Assembly (NCBI RefSeq): GCF_004010195.1
Contig: NC_057718.1
Coordinates: forward strand, 100,775,637 to 100,839,636
Direction of reading: 5' to 3'
Source: Chiloscyllium plagiosum
Lineage: Eukaryota
DNA: 64,000 nt
Numbering within the stretch: position 1 is the first letter of the stretch; every line of letters starts with the position of its first letter. The notes below the pieces were generated by a model. That model ran no database searches. It was not told the origin of the DNA and saw nothing but the letters and a program-made list of their open reading frames with translations. Position numbers and translations under genes: made by a program. Of the stretch, positions 50,805 through 63,987 are shown in pieces.

Positions 50805-51512
50805 TGAACAGATGAACAAGGAACAAGAGTAGGTCACTTGGCCCTTTGAGCTTGCTCTGTCATTTAAAAGGATTATAGCTGATCTTACTTTCACCTCAGT
50901 CTAACTTCCTGCATTCCTGATAATGTTTCAACCCCTTGGTCATCAAGAATATCTGCCTTAGGTATTTTCAAAGATACTGCATCCATTGCCTACGGAGGGA
51001 GGGAATTCCAAAGACTCAACCCTCTGAGAGAGAAAATGTTTCCACAATTCTGTTTTAAATGGGCATCTCCTTATTTTAAACTATGACCCTCAAGTTCTAT
51101 ATTTTCCCACGAGGGGCAAAATGCTTTCAACATCCATCAATCAAGTCCCCTTAGGATCCTCTATGTTTCAGTTGAGTCACTTCTGATTCTTCAAAACTCC
51201 AGAGAATACAAGCATAGGACAGTCTAGAACCAACGGCCATGGTATGAGGATATGGAGTAAGCCATTTAGAACTGAGATAAGGAAACATTTCTTCACTTGG
51301 AGGCTAGTGAACTTGTGGAACTCTCCAACACAGAAGGGTGTGGGGGGGGGGCCGAATCATTGAATTTTTTTTTAGATCTTACAAGTGTCAAGGGGTATGG
51401 GGGGAAAACAGGAATATCACGTTGAAATGAAGGATAAGCCATAATTGCATTGAATGGCAGAGCCGGTTTGAAGGGCCGAAAGGCCTACTCCTGCTTCTAA
51501 TTTCTACTTCTG
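50805..51512. mobile_element. Two CR1 3' ends fused head-to-head (minus 50805-51213, plus 51215-51512)
   Basis: Tails gaacaaggaacaagagtagg (left) and cctactcctgcttctaatttcta (right). Confidence 0.75.
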
Positions 51513-52519
51513 AGTATGAACTGTCATTCAAGAAGGCAGCTCTTGAAGGCAGTATTATCACTTACTTGATAATAGTTGGGGATGCGGAATAAATGTTGAC
51601 CTAGTGAGTGGCTAAAACATTCCAGAAATGAATAACTTTGAAAAATAAATACTTCCTCTGACTTCTGCATATTAGATTATCCATGTCCTTATCCCACAGC
51701 TGCCTGGAAATCAAAATCTCTCTTGCTAGGCATCAGTGGCTGTTTTGAAAGGGAAGCCACAAGCACAGTTTTCTCTTGCTGGGCAGGAAGATCTCAATGT
51801 GACCCATGCTCCCATCTCTGAAAGACTGTGCCTGAAACTAATCAGCCTCACTTCTACCCACCGTTGCTAAGTGAACTCATAAGGCAGACCACATTTTAAA
51901 AAAAACACTTCCTGCTCCCTGCCACATGGGATCAAATCCAGAGTTGGAACTAGAGCCGTTCACTGTGAACAGATTTCAACTTGTACCACAAAACCCACGT
52001 TTCATTTCCCCCAAAGTGTAGAGATTTCGAAGAGCAGGAAATGTAGAATGAAAGCCCATTTGTAATCCCAGCCCAAAACCCCAACAAACAGAATCCTGAG
52101 AAACCACAGCCACCATCCTCCCACTGAGCAGAAAATTGCCAGTCCAGGGGAGAAAGACTAATCCTTAGTCTGAACCACAATGATTGGAATTTCTTGCAAT
52201 GAATCAGAACTCTTTCTTTTGCCTGCAGTTGCACTTGAATGCAAACCAATCCCCAAACAGTTCTATTCCTCTCATGTAAATTCAGAGCAAATGAACCCCA
52301 TCTTCCTCCTTGACAAAGTCGAGATTTTATTGCGATCCCTTTCCCAAACTCCATACTTGACTTCTTTCCTTTGCACTGAGTGTAAACAGCCAACGCTTCA
52401 CTCGCGAAGCTGCTTGGAACTTGTCCCTCACTCCAATTCCCATGATGATCAACTGTTCAAAGCTTGAAACCCAGAAATGTGTATATCTCTTCTCATTCCA
52501 GTTGTTCTCTAAAGTAAGT

Positions 52520-52850
52520 TTACCCTTACCCTTCCTCCTCTCCTCCTCCTCTATCTTCATCTATCTTTTTTTCTGTCTCTTCCATGCTCTCATCCTATTC
52601 TATTCTATCAATGGCTTCCATGAACTCTTGACTGCCTCCACTGTCTCTTAATTTCCTTTACTTTCTCCCTCTTTAATACTTCTGTCCCTCTCTCTCCTTC
52701 CCTCCCACCCCCCTCTCGCTCTCTCTCTCTCTCTCACACACACTCTCACACACACACACACTTCTGTCCTCCTTCTTCCTCTTCCCCCAACTCCTAATCC
52801 ATTTCTCTTTCCCCTCCTTGATCCAATTGTATACTCCCCTCCTTCTGACT
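52520..52850. repeat. Polypyrimidine low-complexity tract with (CT)n(CA)n microsatellite
   Basis: Directly visible C/T bias and dinucleotide repeats at about 52713-52760. Confidence 0.85.
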
Positions 52851-53454
52851 GTATTTGATCTGAAGATTTCAAACACTTCTTGACTTCTCAATTGTACTGG
52901 CACAGATATATGACAAGTGAAGTTTCTTTGTTAGAACATTTAAAAAAATGTTGTATTTCAATATGCATTAATATTCTTACTGTTGGCAATCAACCAATAT
53001 TTTGTAAAAAAAAAGATTAAATGCTTCAAGTATTCTTTTGAATTTTCCATTTTCAATGTTTCTCAATCTTCAGTAGATAAAGAGTGCACAGACTGTTTGA
53101 AATGTTTGTAACTGCACATTGCTGAGGTTTTCAGTTTGGTGTGAAGCATAAAATTGTTAGGTTTAACAGTGCACTTAATGAGGTGTTGAAGTTCAACCTT
53201 TTGACTTCAGACTCAATCTGAAATGATAACTGCATCTTGTACCATTGGCATTTGCAAACTTCTTCTCATTGAAGGTGAGTATACCTGTAAATTCAATTAA
53301 AAGTCCATCTCTCCTCATCTTTCACTTCAAGTGCTGTAAGGCCTGGGCTGATCTCCTTTGTATTTTTTTGAAGCCTTGCTTTCAATTGCCTTCCAAGAAT
53401 TGCATGAAAGTTGTAGAGCACGGCTAGTAGGCTACCTTTAGTCCAAACTGTTCT

Positions 53455-54280
53455 GATTTTTGATTTTGATTTTATTATTGTCACATGTACTGAGATACAG
53501 TGAGTAGTACTGTTTTGTGTGCTGTCCAGGCAAATCATACCTTGCACAAGTTCATCCAGGTAATAGAACAGAAAGCAGGATATAGTGTTACAGCTACAGA
53601 GAAGGTGCAGAGAAAAATCAACTCTAATACATGAGAGGTCTGTTCGAAGTCTGATAACAGCGGGGAAGAAGCTGTTCTTGAATCTATTAGTACGTGTTTT
53701 CAAACTTTTGTGTCTTCTGCCCAAGGGAAGAGGGTGAAAGAGAGTTTTCCTGGGGTGGGAGTGCTTTTTGATTATGTTGGCTGCCTTCCTGAAGAAGTGG
53801 GAAGTGTAGACTGAGTCAGTGGATGGAAGGGTGGTTTGCATAATGGACTAAGCTGCGTTCACAATTCTCTGTAATTTCCTGCAGTCTTGGGCATCACTCT
53901 ACAGTGTATCTGGAAAGAATGCTTTCCATGGTGCATCTGTAAAAATTGGCATGCCTTAGCCTTCTGAGGAAGTAGAGGCATTGGTGTGCTTTCCTGATGT
54001 AGCATCAATGTGGATGGATCAGGATATATTTACTTCTGGGAATTTGAAGTCCTTGACTGTCTCCACCTTAGTACCGTCAATATAGACAGGGACATGACCT
54101 CTATTTCACTTCTTGAGGTCGATGACCAGTTCCTTTGTTTTGCTGACATTGAGGGAGAGATTGATGACTTCACACCATGCACTAAGCTGTCTATCTCTTT
54201 GCTGTACTCGGTCTTGTCACTGTTTAAAATCTGACTCACAATGGTGCTGTCAACAGCAAACTTGTAAATTGAGTTAGAGC
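53455..54280 (-). mobile_element. Rex1/Babar-type LINE 3' fragment
   Basis: LPSTDSVYTSHFFRKAANIIKKHSHP..LPLGRRHKSLKTRTNRFKNSFFPAVIRL, LNVSKTKELVID, and an (aatcaa)n tail. Confidence 0.85.
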
Positions 54281-54834
54281 AGATCTAGTCCACTATACCA
54301 TGTCCTAATAATTGATGTTGGGAAGTGCCAAATTACTGTAGCATTTTATGATTCAAGTTTAACGGTTAAGTACTAGCAATTAATATTGATAGTCTTGATA
54401 ATGGTCAATAGCCATCATAGAAGTCTTATTGTTGTGGATTCGTTAGAAGTAGCTGCTAATTTCTCCTTTACTAACAGAGTCTTGATCAAAAGCAATATTG
54501 CATGTTTGACATTTATCATACTTCAATAAAAAAACACTGAAGTAGCTTAACCTGATTTAAAAAAAATAAAAGCAGGAACTCCATTATGCTAACTATAATG
54601 ACTTCTTTTTGATGTATGTGTTACTGTGGTCTGTCACAAGTGAGTGTTGATGACCAGGTTATTTGTCATTTTCAAATGTAAATGTTTGGACCAAGTATGA
54701 AATTTCTCTGCGCTTTTACTTCGGTGAGGGAGTTATTAGTTCATCTCATGTCATAGTATGTAAAACTTTGCCTTTGTGACCTAAATGTAAAAGATCAAGG
54801 TAGGAATCGTCTGTGTATACTGGATTGCTAAGGC

Positions 54835-55128
54835 AGGGTGGTGGCTCAGTGGTTAGCACTGCTGCCTCACAGCGTCAGGGACCTGGGTTCAATTCCACCC
54901 TCAGGCAGTTGTCTGTGTGGAGTTTACACATTCTCCCTGTGTCTGCATGGGTTTCCTCTGGGTGCTCCCATTTCCTCTCACTGTACCAAGATGTGCAGGT
55001 CCAGTGGATTGGCCATGGGAAATGCAGGGATAGAGTAGGGGGTTGGGACTGGGTGGGATGCTCTTTGGTGGGTTGGTATAGATTTGATGAGCCAAATGGC
55101 CTGCTTCCACACTATAGTGATTCTATCA
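54835..55128 (+). mobile_element. HE1-like SINE
   Basis: A box tggctcagtgg, B box gggttcaattcc. Confidence 0.88.
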
Positions 55129-55919
55129 TTAGGTGTTATTTTTCCTCTAGGTTACCATTCACAAACTCAATGTAACAAGGTCCACTTATAGAGGTGTGAA
55201 TACGTCACTGCAGTGTAATCTTGCAATCAGTTTGTGAACTTGAGATGAATGTTGCTTTTAATGAACAGGTGCAGAAAGGATGACTTCTCGTGCGATGCAC
55301 CTCTGACAGTTATCGAGTGACTTCACATCCATTTCTTTTGGCAGCTCAATTCATCACCGAGTTAAGAATCTGCGTCTTTGAAAGTAAAACCTGGAGATGA
55401 ATTCAGGAATAAGACCGATTAGTGAGCAAATCAGTCTTAGTATGAGCGAATCCTTCAACAGGAAGTTAATTTGTTCAGGAGTACTGTGTAAATCTTACGT
55501 CCCAGCAGCATCTAATTTTCCTTGCCCTACATTTGAAGATGTTTTGTGTCACGTGGGATGGAGGGTCAACAGTACAGGATAAAACAATGAAGTGCTAAAC
55601 TAAGATAAAATAAGTAAGATAAAACAATAAGTGTTGATCAGTACAATAAATATATAAAACAATGAAGTGAACACAACTAATTGCCTTTTTAAAAAACATA
55701 ATGTTTATGATGTTAAGTATCTGTGTAGTTGCATCTCAATAAAAAATGCACAGCTGCTACTGTATATTAGTGGTGAAGGAATTGAATGTTGAAGGTGGTT
55801 GATGGGGTGCCAATCAAGCGGGCTGCAATTCTTGGGTGATGTCGAGCTTTTTGAGTGTTGCTGGAGTGTGCTCATCTAGACAAGTGGAGAGTATTTCATC
55901 ACAGCCCTGACATCCTTTC

Positions 55920-56810
55920 GTATAGACTCTGATATTTACCTAAATGACAGATGTTAAACTAACTGGCCTTCTAAGTTGCGCATTGATTGTCTTCTCTTTT
56001 TGAATAAAGGTATTACTTGTAAGTTTTTGAATCACCTGGGTCTTTTCTAGAATCTGTGAAGATTATTACCAGTGCATTCACTATCTCTGCAGCTATTTCA
56101 TTTAATATTCGAGGATGAAATCCATCAAGTCCAGGGGATGTATCAGCCTTTAGCCCCATTAGTTTCCCTAGTACTTTTTCTCAAGTGATTGCGCATTTTT
56201 TCCTCATCCCCTTTATCCCTTGATTATTTAATCATTTTAGTTAGATTAGTTTCCCTACAATGTGGAAACAGGCCCTTCGGCTCAACAACTCCACACTGAC
56301 CCTCCGAAGAGTAACCCACCCAGACCCATTTCCCTCTGACTAATGCACCTAACACTATGGGCAATTTAGCCTGGCCAATTCACCTAACCTGCACATCTTT
56401 GGACTGTGGGAGGAAACCCACGCAGACAAGGGGAGAATGTGTAAACTCCACACAAGACAGTTGCCCGAGGCCAGAATCGAACCTGGGTCCCTGGTGCTGT
56501 GAGGCAACAGTGTTAACCACCATATTGGAATGCTATTAGTGTATTTTACAGTGAAGACTGTTGCAAAGTATTTAATCAACCCTTCTTCCATTTCCCAGGT
56601 CCCCACCGTTATTACCCCAAACTCATTCTCAAAGTTTCCTGTGTTTTCCTCTTTATATATTTAAAGAAGCTCTTGCTGGATACTTTAATATTACTTTCTA
56701 GTTTACTCTCAAAGTTTATTGTCTCCCTCATAATCATTTTTCTGGTCATCATTTAATGGTTTTTGAAACTTTCACAATCTTTTGGCTTAACACTAATCTT
56801 TGCATAATGC
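55920..56810 (-). mobile_element. Degraded CR1 ORF2 fragment interrupted by a SINE
   Basis: Reverse KADTSPGLDGFHPRIL and LIKYFATVFTV motifs. Confidence 0.65.
56238..56521 (-). mobile_element. HE1-like SINE
   Basis: Reverse-complement SINE body and B box. Confidence 0.88.
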
Positions 56811-57169
56811 TCATTTTTTTTTCTTTTGATTTGATACTAAAGTGTTTGGATTTTATAAAACAATTTAATATTTAGAATTCACTATATATTGCACACCTTC
56901 CATTGTTATTAGGAGTTCAGAACTCTTGCTTGGCCCATGAAGTAAATTTAATGTTTTTTCAGGAACCATTTCAGCAATTTCTTACGTTTATTAAGAGTCT
57001 GGGGTATAATTTCAGATTAGCAGTTCTTAAAGGTTTTCACGTGTGGACCATTTGGGTGAAGAATGATATTCTAAGGACCATCCACTGTCCGACTGCACAG
57101 GCGATTGTTTGAGCCCCTGAGAAAACTCATTGAAATGATTGGAAAGCTAAAGAAACTGGAAAGATTTTT

Positions 57170-57385
57170 TTAGATTAGATTCCTTACAGTGTGGAAACAT
57201 GCCCTTTGGTCCAACAAGTCCACACCGACCCTTCGAAGAGTAACCCAACCAAACCCATTTCCCTCTAACAAATGCACCTAACACTGTGGGCAATTTATCA
57301 TGGTCAATTCACCTGACCTGCACATCTTTGGACTGTGGGAGGAAACTGGAGCACCCAGAGGAAACCTGGAGGGAGAATGTGCAAA
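57170..57385 (-). mobile_element. 5'-truncated HE1-like SINE
   Basis: ttagattagattcc tail and SINE body. Confidence 0.85.
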
Positions 57386-57439
57386 CAAGATTTTTACTTG
57401 CATCGATGATGAGTTGAACCTTTTATATTGGAGTTATGC

Positions 57440-58030
57440 CACAGAAGTGGTGAACACAGAAAATAGGGGCGGGGGAAAGCCATTCAGCCTCACTAGCTTG
57501 CTGTGCCATTTAGGTAGATTATGTCTGATCTCCCATTTTCCCATATTATCCCATTGTTCCTTGGTTTCTTTCATATCTAGAAACCTAACAACCCATGATC
57601 TGAATATACTCAATGATGGAACCTCCACGCAGCCCTCTGGGCCGGAGAATTAAAAAAAAACAGTCAGCACCCTCTGGGTGAAACGTTTCCTCCTTGTCTC
57701 AATCCTAAATAGCCTCTCCCTTCTGCCGAGGCTATGGCTCTGGTTCCAGACCCTCTCATTGACCATCCTTCCTGTATCTATCCTGTCCTACTCTGTAAGA
57801 ATATTGCATGCTTCAGTGAGATCCCATGTCATTCTCAACTCCAGTCATCTTCTAGGAACAGCCTACTATCCCTGGGATTCATTGGTGAATCTTTGAACAC
57901 ATCCCATGACATGTCTTTCCTTCCTGTGCAAAACAGTCCCCAATACTTCAGGTATGATGTCTTTGAGATTCTACACAATTGCAGCAAGACATCTTTATTC
58001 CTGCTCTCAGTTCATCTTGCAGTAAATTTC
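57440..58030 (-). mobile_element. Degraded CR1 3' portion
   Basis: RKRFTQRV, VEVPSLSIFR and HLKYWGLF-like remnants. Confidence 0.65.
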
Positions 58031-58544
58031 AAGGTTCCCAGCTGTTCTCTTCGATGGGATTTTGTCTGTCAGGGTGCTGCAATATATTTTTGTAAAGACC
58101 TATTTGACATGAAGTAAATCCCTAATCAGCTTTAGATACCAACTGTTGATCAGTATTGGTTTATTTATTGCAAAAAAATAATGACTTATGATTTCCAAAT
58201 CAGGATTGCTTTTGATGCTGAGGAGTCTGACGTTTGTTTTTATGGAACTGTGGCAGTATTGACGTTTGCTGACCTCCAGGTGGCAATGTGTTGCCTTTTT
58301 CACACAAATTAATGAATGCTTTTCTGAAGATGTAGCAGCGAGGTTGAAAGCTTGTGGAGACCTGAAGATTTGCAGATCAATTTTGTCAACCTCTTTCCAG
58401 ACAATGGGCCCTCATCAACCACAATTTCTATAGTCTTTTTGTTCTGAACAATTAGCATTCTCTTGTGGAAACATATGCATTCTCAAGGCTATCAGCCTGA
58501 GACATGAATTGCTTCTTTCTCCACAGATACTACCAGCAGGGTAG

Positions 58545-59115
58545 ATTTTGGCAGAGTGATACTGGGATTGAATTAACAATCCAGACGACCAGGCTAATGC
58601 CCATAGAAGAGTCGAATCAAATCCCACCATGGCTGTTGTGGGATTTAAACTTAAAGTTTAATCAATAAATTATTTTGAATCTAATTAATAAAATCAGCAA
58701 TTAAAAGCTCATGTCAGTAATAGTGACCATGAAAATATTGTCTGTCTTAAAAATCTATCAGGTTATTAATGTCCTTTAAGAAATGAGATCTGCTGTTCCA
58801 ACTTCGTCTGGCCTGCATGTGACTCCAGACCCCCCAGCAATGGTGTCTGAAATACCATAGCAGCACTCTGTTCAAGGCTATTTAGAGATGGACAACAAAT
58901 TGCTGAGTGTAAATCCTAGAATTTCCTCCTTAAGGGCATTATGGGTCTACCCACAGCACATAGACTGCAGTGGTTCAAGAAGCCAGCTCATCACCACTTT
59001 CTCAAGGGCAACGAGAGATGGACAATTAATGCTGACCTAGCAGCAACACCCATGTCTCACAGAGAATGGAAAAAAAAATATGCTGGTCTTGTCAGGAATG
59101 TTCACATTTTGTGAA
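58545..59115 (+). mobile_element. SacSINE1-like SINE with an inserted LINE tail (about 58910-59078)
   Basis: aatcccaccatggc, taatgtccttta..tctggcctgcatgtgactccagacc core. Confidence 0.7.
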
Positions 59116-60322
59116 AAAGAACATACTGGCTAAGCATTACCAGAATTTTCTAATATCTTTGATTTCCAGCATTCGTATTGTTTTGCTTTCGTATTTATAT
59201 CATTAAATTTTTCCTTGTTGGTTTACAAGGCACTCTGCGAAATGTTCCAGTCTCTGCAGAAATCTTCCTGCACAGTTTCTTTACTTGAAATCTCTGTTCT
59301 CCACAGTAATAATTCTTAGTCGAGTAATGGACTTGATGCCTTCTGCAGATTGGCTGCTTTCAGTCTCCTGTCCTGCTGCAGCTCACCCCCCTCACCCCTT
59401 ACGCTTCTCAGAAGCAGTCAGTAAGGAGAGAATGGAACAGAATTTGCCATGAAAAGAACAGCAGAATGGCACTCACTGATATTCACGAGTGAAAGGTACA
59501 GTAGCTTCAGTGATGCTCAGTTAAATGTGCAATATCCGAACGTTTTGGTCTGAATCACACCACTGCACTATATACTACTCATAATTCAGCATCTCATCCT
59601 GAATGTCCACTTGATTGACAGGGACGGACTGCCCTTCTGTCTGTATTATAGCTACTCCCAGTAGGGGATCTGCTGTGACAGTATGTCACACTTGTCTCCT
59701 CTTCCACCATCAATCTGCAGCTCCTCTGTAGCTGCGCAGTGACATCTGTCTTCCAACTACACTTAGGTCAACTCCTTTTTCAAGTGCCCTCCACTTTGGT
59801 TTCAAAGAGAGTTCTGTGGTTTTCTGCTCTGATTTGATAAATGGGGGAAATGCTGGCATTTATTTCCTTAGAATTGCCTTTTTTTTAAAGAGTTCCTCTT
59901 GCTCTTGAAATTTTGAACATCTATTTATTTGTCTTATGGTTTCTGTATGGAAATTTTAATATACCTCTTTAATATTTCAAAGGTCCCCTATTTTCTTCTG
60001 CAGAACTTCATTTATTGGTCAGGTATGTGAGCTAGACAGGAGAGTGCATAGAATCTTATGAGCTTTTCCCTGTTTACATTTGTTATAATCTTGCCTCATG
60101 CTATATTTGCTCATTAAGCACACTATGAAAAGTAAACACCTGTCAATATAAAAATAAATAACTTTTCTCAGGCTGTGATAAGTGCTTGTAAATTTTACTC
60201 TTGACATCGAAGGTTGAAAATTGTAGTTGTGGAGCACTATTCCTTTCCGTTTTGAATTTGTTCAGAGAATTGTTCAATGTGAATTTTTAAATTAAAATGT
60301 AAATGCCTTTCTTTTTCTGGCT

Positions 60323-60325
<3 letters not shown>

Positions 60326-60360
<35 letters not shown>
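60326..60360. repeat. (CT)n microsatellite
   Basis: Directly visible. Confidence 0.95.
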
Positions 60361-60366
<6 letters not shown>

Positions 60367-60864
60367 ATCCTTCTTCTCAATTCTCTTTCTCTTGCAGTCT
60401 TGATTTGAGATTGAAGTCACCTTCTCAAATTCACCCTCCTTTTCAGACCTTCCACTGTTAATGTTCCAATCTTGAAATCTCAGTGCTTAAGGAGATGGTT
60501 CTGTTGCTTGCTGTGTTTACTCTGGTTCCAGACGCCATCTCACTCTCATTGTGCTGCTTCAAGACTCACTTTTGCGTCAGCTGAAGTGGACACTGATAGA
60601 CATCTTGCATCTATGGAAGCTCACTCCCCATTTGCGTTTTGTCAAGAAATTAAATGTCATGGTATCAAAAACTTTTTAAAAAAATCAACAAAAGTTTTAT
60701 ATTTTGCAGTAGCATTTCATTTATATATCAATTTTTCTAAACAATTAATGTTTTTTGTTGGAAAGTTTTCGCCTCTCCCGAAGTCCTAAGCCTCCACTTA
60801 ACTCTTTGACATGGAGAGGTGTTCTCTGAATACAGTTTATATACTATGGGGCTGTAAGGTAGTT

Positions 60865-61203
60865 TTTTGTTTATTCATATACGAGATGTGGTGTTGCGGG
60901 CTAGAACAGTGTCTACTGTCCATCCCTCAAGAGTTAACTCCATTGTTGTGTGTCTGGAGTCACGTGTAGGCCAGACAAGGTAAGGATAGCAGATTTCCTC
61001 CCTAAAGGGCATTGCTGAACCAATGGGTTTTTCCAACAATTGATAACCTTTAATGACAGCATCTTTAGTTTCTTAATTCCAGATTTTTATCGAGTTCAAA
61101 TTCCACCATCTGCCATGGTGGGACACGAGACCAGATCTCCAGGATGTCACCTTGATCTCTGGATTAATAGTCTAATGACAATACCACTAGGCCATTGCCT
61201 CCT
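60865..61203 (-). mobile_element. SacSINE1-like SINE
   Basis: tctggagtcacgtgtaggccagac..agatttcctccctaaaggg is the reverse of the central domain. Confidence 0.78.
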
Positions 61204-61207
61204 GTAT

Positions 61208-61526
61208 ATAGAACATAGAACATTACAGCACAGTACAGGCCCTTTGGCCCTCAATGTTGCACCGATCTGTGAAACCAATCTGAAGCCCATCTGACCTATA
61301 CTTATTCCTTATCATCCATATGTTTATCCAATGGCCATTTAAATGCCCTTAAAGTTGGTGAGTCTACTGCTGTTGCAGGCAGGACCCATGATTTATGGCC
61401 AGTGGTTTTTAAAAAAAGGGGGAGGTAGTGGGAGAATGGCACTAAGCCAGGATGCTCATTTGGAGAGCTGGCACAGACAGGATGGGCTAAAGGCCTACTT
61501 CTCCGCTGCAATGATTCTGTGATTCA
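61208..61526. mobile_element. CR1 3' end (minus, 61208-61385) and short LINE tail (plus, 61415-61526)
   Basis: atagaacatagaac tail at left, gattctgtgattc tail at right. Confidence 0.7.
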
Positions 61527-62144
61527 GTGGCAAACCACCTCAGACATTGAAGAAATCTGCACGGAGAGATACTCCATCTCTGTGCTGAGAACTTCAGCTC
61601 CTTTGGCCTGCAGTTGATTGTAACATTGTCTGTTGACAATTGCTGATGTGCAGCTCTGATGCTATCGAGCTTTCTAAGCAGCCAATTGCACTAAAGAATT
61701 TTCATAGCCAGACAGCAAGCCAACCAGGGAATGAAAAGCACTAATAATCAAATTACTTCTTAAAACATTTAGAGAGGGAAATTAAGATTGGGCCACGCAC
61801 ACACATTGAGTAAAGGTACAATTTGAAATATCACGAACAAATGCTTAATTTGTTTTACGTTACTAATTTTTTAAACTAGGTTTTTAAATAATTAATCATT
61901 GTAGAGATTTAATACATTTATACATTTTTCAGGCCAGACTAGTTGTTGTCAAGAGATCTTACTGCTATTGCTGTTTTTCATTTTAAAAAAACTCACTGTT
62001 AAAGACTAATTGATTGATTCAAGATGGTGCTGACACGAGGCGATTACTTGTGACTTCCCTATTCTAATATTTCTCATAACCATTCCATACGTATAAGCAT
62101 CAATTCTAAGTCTGTAAAAATTGCTCACTACAGTCTGCCTGTAC

Positions 62145-62470
62145 TGAGTCAGAGAGCCATAAAGATGTACAGCGCTGAAACAAACCCTTCGGTCCAACTG
62201 GTCCATGCTGAGCAGATATCCTAAACTAATCTAGTCCTATTTGCCAGCATTTGATCCATATCCCTCTCAACCCTTCCTATTCATATACCCATCCAGATGC
62301 CTCTTAAATGTTGTAATTGTACCAGCCTCCACAACTTCCACTGGCAGCTCATTCCATACATGCACGACCCTCTGAGTGAAAAAGTTACCCCTTAGGTTCC
62401 TTTTCAATTCCTCTCACCCTAAACTTATGCCTTTAGTTCTGGATTCCTCTACCCCTGGGAAAAGACTTTG
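62145..62470 (-). mobile_element. CR1-type LINE 3' end
   Basis: Reverse complement of 17880-18193. Confidence 0.9.
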
Positions 62471-62525
62471 TGCTGCTCACAAAGTAAAGATTTTTGCTGT
62501 ATTTAGATAGATGTGACGACAATAA

Positions 62526-62740
62526 AGAGAAAGTGAGGACTGCAGATGCTGGAGATCAGAGCTGAAAATGTGTTGCTGGAAAAGCACAGCAGGTCAGGCA
62601 GCATCCAAGGAGCAGGTGAATCGACGTTTCGGGCATGAGCCCTTCTTCAGGAATGAAGGGCTCATGCCCAAAACGTCGATTCTCCTGCTCCTTGGATGCT
62701 GCCTGACCTGCTGCGCTTTTCCAGCAACACATTTTCAGCT
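62526..62740. mobile_element. Palindromic family A element with intact hammerhead motif (minus, 62619-62654)
   Basis: Near-perfect inverted arms of about 90 bp; 13-bp direct repeat gtga(c/t)gacaataa (62513-62525, 62741-62753). Confidence 0.88.
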
Positions 62741-62839
62741 GTGATGACAATAAGTCAAATCAAATTGTACCTCATTGAACAAGGCACAATTTTATCTGGG
62801 ACTCAAGAATTTCAACAGCACAATCTGAAACCAAACTGG

Positions 62840-63190
62840 GAGGCATGGTGGCTCAATGGTTAGCACAGCTGCCTTACAGCGCCAGAGACCCGGGTTCAAT
62901 TCTACCCTCTGGTGACTGTGTGGAGTTTGCACATTCTCCCCGTGTCTGTGTGGGTTTCCTCCGGGGGATCCTGTTTCCTCCCACAATCCAAAGATGTGCA
63001 GGTTAGTGAATTGGCCATGTTAGATTGCCCCATAGTGTTCAGGGATGTGCAAGTCAGGTGCATTAGTCAGGCCAAGTATAAAGTGATAAGGTGGAGAAAT
63101 GGGTCTGGGTGGGTTGCTCTTCGGAGGGTCGGTATGGACTTGTTGGACCTAATGGCCTGTTTCCACACTGTAGGGATTCTATGTCTATGT
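62840..63190 (+). mobile_element. Full-length HE1-like SINE
   Basis: A and B boxes, body and tail. Confidence 0.9.
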
Positions 63191-63789
63191 GAATGACAGA
63201 CCAGGACCCCTCAATTTCTGTGTTAATCTGCATTTGCACTAAATCCTAAAGTTTCTGTCTGAGGGTTAACTATGACAAACCAACTTTTTAAGTTAATTTA
63301 AACAACTGATGTATAAATTGGAATCAAATACTGATATTATTGATCACTGTTAATTGCCTAGAGGAATCAGACTATTATCTGCAATTTTAAAGCAAAACAT
63401 AGTTTTTTTTTGTCTTTGTTTGTTTTCCTGTTCTTCTAAAGATGCTAATGCACTCATCCTCTGGATGTAGCACTATTACTCAGTTAGACAGCTATGGTTT
63501 GAAGCCATTCTCCAGGACTTGAATCCTTGACGTGATGACCAGATCATTTATCTTATTGCTATTTGAATGCACACCTGGAATAAAATCCAATACCTCACAC
63601 TGAAAAGGACAGTAGCCCTCCAGACAGGATGACTAATTCATTGTGTTTTTGTGTTGCTGCTACCACTGCAGGCACCTCATCCTGCATCTCATCCTCTTCC
63701 CCCATAACTTGGTCACATTGTTGTCATAATGTAGGAATGGAAATATTCACTGGACCCTCTAATACATGCTGAGTATTTATTTGGGAAGG

Positions 63790-63987
63790 CCAAGTGGTAT
63801 TATCGTTAGACTATTAATTCAGAGACCCAGATAATGTTCTGGGGAGCCAGGTTAAAATCCCACCATTACAGATGTTGGAATTTGAATTCAATATTTTTTT
63901 AAGATCTGCAATTAAGAATCTAGTGATGAATATGAAACCATTGTCGATTGTTGGAAAAACCCAATATTATCCTTCAGGGGAGGAAAT
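63790..63987 (+). mobile_element. SacSINE1-like SINE, interrupted at the window end by an (ttaga)n SINE tail
   Basis: ccagataatgttctgggg..aatcccacca..tggaatttgaattcaat..agggaggaaat. Confidence 0.7.
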
